From NCBI GenBank assembly GCA_016699935.1, contig CP064992.1, positions 1,080,001 to 1,112,000 of the forward strand: DNA of 32,000 nt. Direction: 5' to 3'. Of this stretch, positions 9,801 to 18,030 are shown one piece after another. How positions within the stretch are numbered: position 1 is the stretch's first letter; every line of letters starts with the position of its first letter. Under the pieces are notes generated by a model that saw nothing but the letters and a program-made list of their open reading frames with translations, was not told the DNA's origin and made no database searches. Position numbers and translations under genes: made by a program. This DNA comes from Candidatus Saccharimonadota bacterium. Lineage in GTDB: Bacteria > Patescibacteriota > Saccharimonadia > Saccharimonadales > UBA4665.

Positions 9801-9917
9801 CTACCCCTGCCTCTGCTTATGCTTTGGCTTAAACTTATTGATTACGTAAAGACGGCCTTTCCGACGAACAATCTTGTCGTCGGGGCTGATCTTTTTTACA
9901 CTTGCACGTACTTTCAT
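9801..9917 (-). CDS. rpmJ: 50S ribosomal protein L36
   Basis: This 38-aa ORF is below the track cutoff: [38 protein letters not shown]. An SD (GAAAGGAG) lies upstream. Confidence 0.9.
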   Translation of the reverse strand: MKVRASVKKISPDDKIVRRKGRLYVINKFKPKHKQRQG

Positions 9918-10029
9918 GTACGGATCATCTCCTTTCAGGACGGTGACTCACTGCATTAATGATATTTTCGGCCGAACTTTCGAAGGATTGATCCGTACAT
10001 CGACCTTCGTAGCTTTACGCGATGAACGG

Positions 10030-10279
10030 TCAGTCGGATGAACCAATCCTAGAAAGTTCAACCTTGCGGTAGGTGATCCTACCTTTGGTCAGGTCGTAAG
10101 GCGTCAACTCTACGGTGACCGCGTCGCCAGGGACAATTCGGATAAAATGCTTCCGCATCTTCCCAGCGACATGCGCAATAATCTGATGGCCATTCTCCAA
10201 GTTCGACACGAAACTGAGTACCCGGCAGGGTCTCGACAATTACGCCGTTCAGTTCGATGACTTCCTTATTACTCGCCAT
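10030..10279 (-). CDS. infA: Translation initiation factor IF-1, frame broken once
   Basis: [27 protein letters not shown] (frame of 10079..10306) then [44 protein letters not shown] (10030..10239). There is an extra G near 10196-10204. Confidence 0.9.
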
Positions 10280-10308
10280 GGTTTTTACGTCTTCGTAGTA
10301 TAGCATTT

Positions 10309-11869
10309 TTACGACGAGCTGTAAAGTGTTTTTAAATTATTACTTCTTATTTTGCGAGATTTTAGTAGGTAATCGACGCGGGGTTTTGGCACGTAGCGGA
10401 GCACCTTTGCACCGCCAGTTGTTGCGCTTAAATCATCTCCACCAAGACTGTCGTAGAAGAAGTCATTACGGCTGTATTGGTCATATGTAATCATAAGTGC
10501 CCGAGACTCAACAGCACGAAGGGTTTCCAACGATACGGCCACAAGTATAAGAACACTGGTGCCGCCTAACGCTAACGCAATGTTTTCTGGGACGAACATT
10601 TGTGCCACAATTGGCATGATTGCTAATATCCCCAAACATATTGCACCAAAGAGTGTTATTTTATTGACGGTTTTAGCTAGGTAGCGTTCTGTCTGGGTAC
10701 CGGATCGCACTCCTTCTAAGAATCCGCCCTGCTTCTGAAGGTTCTCGGCAATTTCTTTGCTATTGAACGTAATACTTGTGTAGAAGAAGGTAAACAGAAA
10801 TACCAGCAAGAAGTACGTCAGTGGGTATATATAGGCCTGCCAGCCACCCGCAGCCAAAGTTTGGGCAGTCGGGTTTTGAAACCACGTTACAAGGTTTTGA
10901 CCAAGCTCAGCCCACTTCGGGTTGCTACTAGAAGTCATGAGCTGACCTGCAAGCTTGGAACACTTAAGAATGCGATGGCAAATATAATAGGCACAACACC
11001 CGCTGTGATGAGCTTTACCGGTAGCGTCGTGGTTACTCCACCGTAGGCACGATTTCCCTGAACGCGTTTGGCGTAGTTGATCGTAAGGCGCCTAGCCGCC
11101 TCGTTCAACATGACAACTATCCACGTCACCAATATGACCACTGCCAAGATGGCGAGCGCATACCAGAACGATCGGGCATTAATGGGTAGCTCGCGTCCGA
11201 AAATCTCCCATTATTGGTCTTATCGTATATAGATGATGCCAATTGGCTAATAGTACCCGGCAAGGCGCTCACAATTCCCACTGTGATTAGGAGCGAAATG
11301 CCGTTGCCAACCGATTTCTCGGTGACAAGTTCACCCATCCACATCAGCAGCATAGAGCCGCCGGTAAGTGCAGCGACCATAAGAACCCATTGCCATAAAG
11401 ACGTATTTGCCGTTATATCGCCTATGCCGCCAACTTGCTGCGCATACTGACGAACGAGGTAGATCGATCCGATAGCCTGTATGATTGCCAGGGAAAGGTA
11501 AGCATCCGCGTATACTGGTTGATTCGCTTCTGTCCGGACTCACCATCTTTACGCATTTTTCAAGCTTTGGAAGAGCCTTGGTGAGTAGCTGCATGATAAT
11601 ACTAGCGTTGATGTACGGGCCAAGTCCGGCAATCATGATAGAGAAATTAGCAAGTGCGCCGCCACTCAGTACGTTTATGAAACTCAGTAGCTGCGGTGTA
11701 TCCTGCGATGAAAACAGGTTTGTCAGCACTTGTTTTAGCGTTTCCGGATCGGCCAAAGGCACTGGTATGTGCGCTAGGATACGAAAAATCAGCAATATTG
11801 CGAGTACGCCAAAAATGCGCTTTCGCATATCACGCGTGTAAATGATGCTCCAATAATTTTCCAGTTCAC
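10309..11869 (-). CDS. secY: Preprotein translocase SecY, frame broken at least 4 times; start uncertain
   Basis: Pieces 11331..11828, an unlisted frame at about 11380-11555 (KMRKDGESGQKRINQYTR..), 11126..11380, 10935..11147 and 10309..10938. Breaks lie near 11556 (A-run), 11490 (C-run), 11211 and 10945. A possible GTG start at 11869 follows AAGAGGGG but is out of frame with the ATG at 11828. Confidence 0.88.
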
Positions 11870-11935
11870 GAAAGCCCCTCTTACATACTAGATTTCTTTA
11901 ACCCTAGTATACCAGCCTCGGTGCAGGAATTAAAC

Positions 11936-11961
11936 AAAAAGCGCTACAAAAAGCGCTTTTT
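11936..11961 (-). terminator. Terminator-like symmetric hairpin between rplO and secY
   Basis: AAAAAGCGC (8-nt loop) GCGCTTTTT. Confidence 0.35.
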
Positions 11962-11996
11962 GCAAAGTCGAGGATTACTCCTCTATTTGTCAGTTT

Positions 11997-12446
11997 TTAG
12001 TTTGGCGGGCGCATGACGCGAGGAACTTGCTTGAATGAACCACCTGCAGTCTGAAGTGCATCAACTGCCTTCGCGCTAGCACCTTGTAGTTCAACGTCAA
12101 CTTTCTTGGTAACTTCGCCGCGGAAAGAAGTTTCACACGAACGAACTCGCCGCTGACTAAGCCGGCAGCGGCCAGAGATGTATTGTCTACTTTGGTGCCA
12201 AGACTATTCAGTTGCTCGGTGTAAACGTTTTCGGCCGCAACTTTAAAGCTACGAAAGCCGCGGAGTTTAGGCAAGCGCTGCATGAGTGGATTTTGTCCAC
12301 CTTCAAAGCCTGGCTTCTTGCTTGAGCCGGTGCGCGCACCTGTCCTTTTGTACCCCGACCAGCGGTTTTACCCTGGCCAGCAGCTATTCCGCGACCAACG
12401 CGTCTACCTGATTTTTGGGCATAGAGGTAAGCTCATGATATTTCAT
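11997..12446 (-). CDS. rplO: 50S ribosomal protein L15, frame broken about 3 times
   Basis: MKYHELTSMPK; then RVGRGIAAGQGKTAGRGTKGQ; then ARTGSSKKPGFEGGQNPLMQRLPKLRGF; the tail GEVTKKVDVELQGASAKAVDALQTAGGSFKQVPRVMRPPN* ends at 11997. Shifts lie near 12410, 12345 and 12115. Confidence 0.9.
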
Positions 12447-12573
12447 TTCTTCGATTCCTTGTAATATATTCAGCAATTTTATCACTAAACGAAGCCACCA
12501 ATATGCCAACGATCGTGGTGACCCACTGTATGTTTCGCCATCCAGCGATGATTGGTACCATCATAACTATCAT
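12433..12573 (-). CDS. Possible 46-aa single-TM peptide overlapping the rplO start
   Basis: MIVMMVPIIAGWRNIQWVTTIVGILVASFSDKIAEYITRNRRNEIS. The SD is weak and no homology was recognised. Confidence 0.2.
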   Translation of the reverse strand: MIVMMVPIIAGWRNIQWVTTIVGILVASFSDKIAEYITRNRRNEIS

Positions 12574-12615
12574 ACCTGCAAAAACTATGTAGGAAGAGAG
12601 ATCTGAATTGGTTTT

Positions 12616-12837
12616 CTACGCGCCATCACTTAGTCTCCTTCTTGGGTGCTGCTTTCTTGGCGGCTGGCTTCTTGGCTGGGGTTGCTTTCTTCGTCTCGGA
12701 TGCTTTTTAACAGGGCAGCTTTCACCTCGGGCTGTTTTTGAAGATTCTTCGCTATCGCTCAGAATGACAGCTGGTTTTGCTACTTTCTTCTCTTGATTCA
12801 TGACTTGTGATTCTTGATTCTTGTGTTTTGTGGTCAC
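12616..12837 (-). CDS. Small basic K/R/P/A-rich ORF in the slot where rpmD (L30) usually sits; frame ambiguous
   Basis: The listed frame ends PRRRKQPQPRSQPPRKQHPRRR. An alternative frame ends ETKKATPAKKPAAKKAAPKKETK*, which resembles the K/A/P tails of L22, L23 and L24 here. It is not L30-like. Confidence 0.3.
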   Translation of the reverse strand: MTTKHKNQESQVMNQEKKVAKPAVILSDSEESSKTARGESCPVKKHPRRRKQPQPRSQPPRKQHPRRRLSDGA

Positions 12838-13428
12838 CCAGTTTTTCTAGGTTCAAGGCTCTCTAGGGCAGCGATAGTGGCGTACGCGATATTGGTCTTG
12901 TTGCTACTACCGAGTGATTTACTCAGTGCGTTGCTGACACCAGCTACCTCTGGGACTGTACGGACAACACCACCGGCGATAAGCCCAGTACCAGGTGCGG
13001 CAGGCATAACTAGAATGCGTGCACCGGCAACTTTACCGTCGACTTCGTGCGGGATTGTCCCTTTGTATAGCACAACTGGTGTGAAGTGCTTCTTAGCGAC
13101 CTCTGTGGCTTTGCTAACGGCGGCCGTCACATCGGCGCCCTTGGCGCTACCAATACCAACCTTGCCTTTGCGGTCTCCGACGACAACAAGGGCACGGAAT
13201 CGAAACCTACGACCACCCTTAACACGAGCAACGCGGTCGATGAACGACCCGCTCATCAAACTGTTTTTCTTCTGGTGGTTGCTGACCCCGATCATTACGT
13301 CGACCCGGTCGACCACCGTCACGGCGACCGCCGCGACCACCGTCTTGACCGCCTCGGTTAGGAGCTGATTGCGGACCCACCTGTGCAGCTTGTTCGGTTG
13401 CAGCTTGCTTGATAGCTTCTTCTGCCAT
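12834..13428 (-). CDS. rpsE: 30S ribosomal protein S5, frame broken once
   Basis: Starts MAEEAIKQAATEQ at 13428. The R/G-rich N-terminus is followed by IDRVARVKGGRRFRFRALVVVGDRKGKVGIGSAKG. The shift is near 13240-13248. Confidence 0.92.
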
Positions 13429-13429
13429 G

Positions 13430-13786
13430 TTAAAACTCCAGTCCTTTCTCCCGTGCCGCATCGGCGAGGGCTTTTACGCAGCCATGGTACTTCTTGCCGC
13501 TGCGATCAAATACGACTTGTGATATTTTTGCCTTTTTGGCTGCCATTGCAATCTCACTACCGACCCATACGGCCTTCTCTGTTAGTGTTCCTTTGGCGGC
13601 ATTGGCATTTGCCGTGCTCACGGCTACGAGGGTGTGTTGTTTGCTGTCGTCAATAATCTGGGCGCTCACATTTGCGTTGCTAATGTGAACACTCAAGCGA
13701 GGTCGCTCAGATGTACCAATGACAGTCGCACGAATACGGTGCTTGCGTTGAACGCGCTGGACGAGTTTGGTGGATAGGTTACTCAT
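13430..13786 (-). CDS. rplR: 50S ribosomal protein L18
   Basis: Starts MSNLSTKLVQRVQRKHRIRATVIGTSERPRLSVHISN at 13786. The listed ORF start at 13900 lies inside rplF. Confidence 0.93.
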   Translation of the reverse strand: MSNLSTKLVQRVQRKHRIRATVIGTSERPRLSVHISNANVSAQIIDDSKQHTLVAVSTANANAAKGTLTEKAVWVGSEIAMAAKKAKISQVVFDRSGKKYHGCVKALADAAREKGLEF

Positions 13787-13787
13787 C

Positions 13788-14327
13788 TTATTTATCCTTT
13801 CCTGACTTACCAGACTTGCGCAGGATGCGTTCGCCTTCGTACTTGATACCCTTGCCCTTGTAAGGCTCCGGTTTCTTGAGGGCACGGATTTCTGCAGCAA
13901 CTTGTCCGACTTGCTGTTTGTCGATACCGCTGACGGTCATTTTATTCTGCTCGACGAGGACTTGTACCCCCAGAGGAATTTTGTAAATGACATCGTGGCT
14001 AAAGCCAATATTAAGCTTAAGGTCAGTGCCCTGCATCGCAACGCGGTAGCCAACACCATTGAGCTCGAGCTGTTTGCTAAAGCCCTGGGTGACACCCTGT
14101 ACCATGTTATTGATAAGTGCCCGCATGAGGCCATGGGCGGCTCGGATCTTTGGCATATCATTCGCCCGGGTTACCGTGAGGACGCCGTCCTCTACTTTGA
14201 CTGTAATACCCTCTAGCTGAGGGGTCTCCAGATTACCTTTGGTCCCAGACACTTTGATAGCGTCTGAGTCGACAGTGATTGTCACACCGCTGGGTATCAA
14301 GATGGGTAGTTTTCCTACTCGACTCAT
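13788..14327 (-). CDS. rplF: 50S ribosomal protein L6
   Basis: Intact 179 aa; MSRVGKLPILIPSGVTITV. Confidence 0.95.
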   Translation of the reverse strand: MSRVGKLPILIPSGVTITVDSDAIKVSGTKGNLETPQLEGITVKVEDGVLTVTRANDMPKIRAAHGLMRALINNMVQGVTQGFSKQLELNGVGYRVAMQGTDLKLNIGFSHDVIYKIPLGVQVLVEQNKMTVSGIDKQQVGQVAAEIRALKKPEPYKGKGIKYEGERILRKSGKSGKDK

Positions 14328-14427
14328 TTCTTTCCTTTCGTATTTAGAATTTCAGAATTACAGAATTGCAGAGGAAAAAACTTTCTAGCGATTCTCGATT
14401 CTGAAATTTCGTAATTCATAATTCTCC
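14328..14427 (-). repeat. Heptamer/octamer-array hairpin spacer (rpsH | rplF)
   Basis: GAATTTCA GAATTACA GAATTGCA on the left faces CGATTCT CGATTCT GAAATTT CGTAATT CATAATT on the right. The arms are approximately reverse-complementary. Confidence 0.65.
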
Positions 14428-14829
14428 TTAGTACACCTGACAGATTAGTTCGCCGCCGACACCTTGGGCTTTGGCTTCTTCGCCAGTCATCAAGCCCTTG
14501 CTGGTGCTGATGATGAGGACGCCACGACCACGTTTTACCTGAGGAACTTCGCGGGCATTGGTATAAGTACGACGACCAGGTTTGCTGAGGCGCTTGATTT
14601 CGGTAATTTTTGCATTTTCACCATCGAGGTTGATAGTGATATGCAGGCGTTTACCGACACTCAGGTCCTCTGTAGTGACATCATGCAAAAAGCCGTTGTT
14701 GCGAAGACTAATTGCAACATTCTCTTTGATTTTGCTATGCGGGAGACTGACTTCGTTTTTGCCAACGGCAATTGCGTTGCGCACACGGGTCAGCATGTCT
14801 GAGATAGGATCAGTAGTGGTTACGCTCAT
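14428..14829 (-). CDS. rpsH: 30S ribosomal protein S8
   Basis: The true start is MSVTTTDPISDMLTRVRNA at 14829. The listed start at 14862 is a repeat-borne extension. Confidence 0.94.
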   Translation of the reverse strand: MSVTTTDPISDMLTRVRNAIAVGKNEVSLPHSKIKENVAISLRNNGFLHDVTTEDLSVGKRLHITINLDGENAKITEIKRLSKPGRRTYTNAREVPQVKRGRGVLIISTSKGLMTGEEAKAQGVGGELICQVY

Positions 14830-14843
14830 ACGCTTACTCCTTT

Positions 14844-14980
14844 CTGATTTAGCAGAGAGCATTGAGCATTTGGCAGAAATGTAGCAGATTTCATGTAGCA
14901 GACAGGACTACATGCAGCAACCTTGCTACCTGACACCTGTGAAATGTGTGCTATGTGAGAAATGATACCTGATACATGGA
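14844..14980 (-). repeat. Heptad-registered intergenic element, copy C (rpsN | rpsH)
   Basis: CTGATTTAGCAGAGAGCATTGAGCATTTGGCAGAAAT...CATGTAGcagacaggaCTACATG...TTGCTACCTGACACCTGTGAAATG. Confidence 0.85.
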
Positions 14981-14995
14981 GTGATGACGACTTCA

Positions 14996-15265
14996 TTACC
15001 AGCTCGCTTTCGTTACACCAGGGATCTCTCCCTTGCTTGCATGTTCGCGGAAAGACAACCGGCTCAGGCCGAATTGGCGCATGTAGGCATGTGGCCTGCC
15101 CGTTTCGATGCAGCGGTTCTTACGGCGTGTTGGTGAAGAATTGCGAGGCAATTTTGCCAAACCTTCGTAGTCACCAAGCTCCTTAAGCTCTTTGCGCTTC
15201 GCGGCGTACTTGTCTATCATCTTGATGCGCTTTTTATCACGCGCGAGGTTCGATTTCCTAGCCAT
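14996..15265 (-). CDS. rpsN: 30S ribosomal protein S14 (long, 89-aa form)
   Basis: Intact; [24 protein letters not shown]...[11 protein letters not shown]. Confidence 0.93.
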   Translation of the reverse strand: MARKSNLARDKKRIKMIDKYAAKRKELKELGDYEGLAKLPRNSSPTRRKNRCIETGRPHAYMRQFGLSRLSFREHASKGEIPGVTKASW

Positions 15266-15362
15266 TATTGTGCTCCTTTCAATCGCGGCATGACGAATGA
15301 CCTATGACCAGAGACGGTTATAACGCCAGCGGATACTTCATTCTTCATACTCCATACATCAT
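15266..15362 (-). repeat. Heptamer-array spacer (rplE | rpsN)
   Basis: CATGACG AATGACC TATGACC on the left faces CTTCATT CTTCATA CTCCATA CATCATT on the right. Confidence 0.6.
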
Positions 15363-15971
15363 TCATTTCGCATTCTCCTTTTCAAACGGCATACCAAATT
15401 TCTGTAATAGCGCCTTGCTATGAGACTTGTCTTCACATTTCACGACGAAAACGGCTTGCATACCGTGAGGTGTCGTGGTTTCTTCGAATGTAAGCTCAGG
15501 AAACACACTTTGGTCGGTCAGACCAAGACTAAAGTTGCCCTGCTTGTCAAAAGCTTTGTTATTCACACCGTGGAAGTCACGCAGCCGTGGCAACACAATA
15601 TTTATGAGGCGATCCATAAACTCATACATTCGCTCGCCGCGCAGGGTCAGCTTGAGGCCGATCATATTTCCTTCACGCAATTTGAATCCAGCGATCGAGT
15701 TCTTTGCAACCGTTTCGACAGGTTCTTGGCCGGTGACTTTACGAAGTGTGTTCTTCGCTGCCTCTATGGTTTTCTTGTCTTCTTTTGCTTTGCCAAGACC
15801 GACGTTTATGACGATCTTTTCAAGCTTTGGCACCTCATGTGCATTGGTAAGGCCTAGTTCCTTTAGGAGCTCAGCTGCAAATTTTTCATTGTATTCTGCC
15901 TTGAGACGTGCAACATATGGAGTTGCTTTTTTCTTTGGGGCTGGCTTCTTGGTTGTAGTCGCTTCTGCCAT
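15363..15971 (-). CDS. rplE: 50S ribosomal protein L5
   Basis: Intact 202 aa; VPKLEKIVINVGLG. Confidence 0.95.
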   Translation of the reverse strand: MAEATTTKKPAPKKKATPYVARLKAEYNEKFAAELLKELGLTNAHEVPKLEKIVINVGLGKAKEDKKTIEAAKNTLRKVTGQEPVETVAKNSIAGFKLREGNMIGLKLTLRGERMYEFMDRLINIVLPRLRDFHGVNNKAFDKQGNFSLGLTDQSVFPELTFEETTTPHGMQAVFVVKCEDKSHSKALLQKFGMPFEKENAK

Positions 15972-16374
15972 TACAGTACCTTCGCTTCCTTCTTCGAATC
16001 AGCCTTTTTGGCTGGCGCTTCGATCTTCACTTCTTTGCCGCTCGCCTTATAGATGCGCTTCTTGCTGCCATCTTTGCCAAGCTCATAACCGATACGGGTT
16101 GGTTTCTTGGTTGTCGGGTCTATGACAGCCACTTTACTGACCCAGATTGGCTTGGTGATTTCGAGGATTCCTCCTGTGGGTGAGCCTGGTTCGGCTTCTG
16201 ATGCTTCTTGACTATGTTGATTCCTTCTACCGTGACTTTATTCTCAGTAGCGTGAGTTGTTAGAACCCGGCCTTGCTTGCCCTTGTATTTGCCACTCAGA
16301 ACCTGCACAAGGTCACCTTTCTTTAGTCTAATCTTCACTCTCTTGTCTCTTGTATCTTGGCTTTTGACTCTCAT
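15971..16374 (-). CDS. rplX: 50S ribosomal protein L24, frame broken once
   Basis: [21 protein letters not shown], then after a shift near 16170-16180 [30 protein letters not shown]...KEAKVL*. The stop overlaps the rplE ATG (TAATG). Confidence 0.92.
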
Positions 16375-16743
16375 TTATAGTACCTCCGGAGCTAGGCTAA
16401 TAATCTTGGCGTAGCCCATATCACGCAGTTCTCTTGGTACGGGTCCGAATATACGCGTTCCTTGGGGTTCTTATCGTCACCAATGATGACTGCGGCATTG
16501 TCATCGAATTTGATAGTGCTGCCGTCTTTGCGCTTGATTTCTTTCTTGGTACGAACGACCACGGCGCGAACGACTGACTTTTTCTTGACGTTACCAGTCG
16601 GGCTGGCTTGCTTGACGGTAGCAGTGATGACATCACCAACCTTAGCGTAGCGCTTGCGGGAAGCCACCAAGAACTCGGATGCAGAGGATTTCCTTGGCAC
16701 CGCTGTTGTCGCAGACGACAAGACGGGTTTCTTGCTGAACCAT
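16375..16743 (-). CDS. rplN: 50S ribosomal protein L14, frame broken twice
   Basis: Starts [27 protein letters not shown] at 16743. The middle piece is [18 protein letters not shown]... The tail is [28 protein letters not shown]. Shifts lie near 16661 and 16460. Confidence 0.92.
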
Positions 16744-16890
16744 TAGAAGGCTCCTTTCAGTCGCGGAAGCATGGAGTATGGAGTATGAATTATGCCAGCA
16801 GCTCCGTAGCTGTTTGTTTTCCATTCATGATTCATGATTCTTTCTCCTTGTCTGTCACCCCAGGAACTTCCACTGCTTTTTCGACGTGCT
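16744..16890 (-). repeat. Heptamer-array hairpin spacer (rpsQ | rplN)
   Basis: CATGGAG TATGGAG TATGAAT TATG on the left faces CCATTCA TGATTCA TGATTC on the right. A small central hairpin is present (CAGCAGCTCCGTAGCTG). Confidence 0.65.
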
Positions 16891-17133
16891 TCACCTCAGC
16901 TTTTCGACAACTGCCTGAAGCGTAAAGCTTTTGCGCTTGCTGATAGGCCGGGTTTCAACGATGACGACTTTGTCGCCAATGTTAGCTTCATTCTGTTCGT
17001 CATGTGCCATAAATTTGGTCGTTGTGGTGTATTGCTTTCGGTAGAGTGGGTGCGTTTTTCGCTCTCGTACGGTAACGACAATGGTCTTGTCGGCCTTGTT
17101 GCTACTGACGACACCAGTAATTGATTTCGCCAT
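16891..17133 (-). CDS. rpsQ: 30S ribosomal protein S17
   Basis: Intact 80 aa; [29 protein letters not shown]. Confidence 0.94.
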   Translation of the reverse strand: MAKSITGVVSSNKADKTIVVTVRERKTHPLYRKQYTTTTKFMAHDEQNEANIGDKVVIVETRPISKRKSFTLQAVVEKLR

Positions 17134-17333
17134 TACTTGGCCTCCTTAACTAAATATTCGCTTAAAACGGTCAGCATACGCGAAAGGTCTTTGCGCTTGT
17201 TACGTACAGCACGCACGTTCTGATTGTCACCCATGTATATATGACGACGTAGCTCAGCGATTTCGTCCTTAAGCTTCACTGTTTCTTTGGTAAGCTCCGA
17301 AGTAGTGAGCTTGCGGATATCAGCAATTTTCAT
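17133..17333 (-). CDS. rpmC: 50S ribosomal protein L29
   Basis: Intact 66 aa; the stop overlaps the rpsQ ATG. Confidence 0.9.
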   Translation of the reverse strand: MKIADIRKLTTSELTKETVKLKDEIAELRRHIYMGDNQNVRAVRNKRKDLSRMLTVLSEYLVKEAK

Positions 17334-17452
17334 CTAAAGGCTCCTTTCGGTCGTCACAAGGCTTTGGGCTGAGAGCTGAGACCATAGTTCACTAGAGCCA
17401 ACTCTGCCCTTTGCCCCTTGCCCTTTGCTCTGATAAGATACGAGGTTTTTCA
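17334..17452 (-). repeat. Heptamer-array spacer (rplP | rpmC)
   Basis: GGCTTTG GGCTGAG AGCTGAG on the left faces GCCCTTT GCCCCTT GCCCTTT GCTCTG on the right. Confidence 0.6.
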
Positions 17453-17866
17453 TTACACGCCCTCCTTCACAACAAATTTTGTCTTGACTGGCAGCTTGTG
17501 GCCAGCGAGACGCATTGCTTCTCGAGCAGTTTCCTCGCTAACACCCTGCATTTCAAACATAATGGTGCCAGGTCGGACTTTAGCAACGAAAAACTCAGGG
17601 CTACCTTTGCCACTACCCATTTTGACATCGAGCGGCTTGCGGGTGACTGGCGTATGAGGGAATATGCGGATCCAGATTTTGCCACCACGCTTGATGTAAC
17701 GAGTCATGGCCTGTCTTGAGGCCTCAATCTGTCGGCTTGTAATACGCTCGTGACCTTGTGCTTGGAGCGCGTATTCGCCGTAGGCAATATAGTTCCCGGC
17801 CGTCGCCACGCCACGGATCTTGCCCTTGCGAACTTTCCGGAATTTGGTTCTTTTCGGCAATAATAT
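17453..17866 (-). CDS. rplP: 50S ribosomal protein L16; non-ATG start
   Basis: ..[18 protein letters not shown]. At the position where sister genes have ATG (SD plus 7 nt) the codon is ATA (17866). A TTG follows at 17860. The listed start at 17899 is a repeat-borne ATG. Confidence 0.9.
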   Translation of the reverse strand: MLLPKRTKFRKVRKGKIRGVATAGNYIAYGEYALQAQGHERITSRQIEASRQAMTRYIKRGGKIWIRIFPHTPVTRKPLDVKMGSGKGSPEFFVAKVRPGTIMFEMQGVSEETAREAMRLAGHKLPVKTKFVVKEGV

Positions 17867-17880
17867 TAGAAAGCTCCTTT

Positions 17881-18010
17881 CTGATTTAGCAGAAAGCATT
17901 CAGCATTTGGCAGAAATATAGCAGATGGCATGTGGCAGATGTTGCCACGCGCAGCTAACCTGCTACCTGACACCTGTGAAATTTCTGCTACCTGAAAAAT
18001 GATACCTGCA
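17881..18010 (-). repeat. Heptad-registered intergenic element, copy D (rpsC | rplP)
   Basis: CTGATTTAGCAGAAAGCATTCAGCATTTGGCAGAAAT...GTGGCAgatgtTGCCAC...CTGCTACCTGACACCTGTGAAATTTCTGCTACCTGAAAAATGATACCTGCA. Confidence 0.9.
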
Positions 18011-18030
18011 TAGTGGGACGACGCTGTCAT

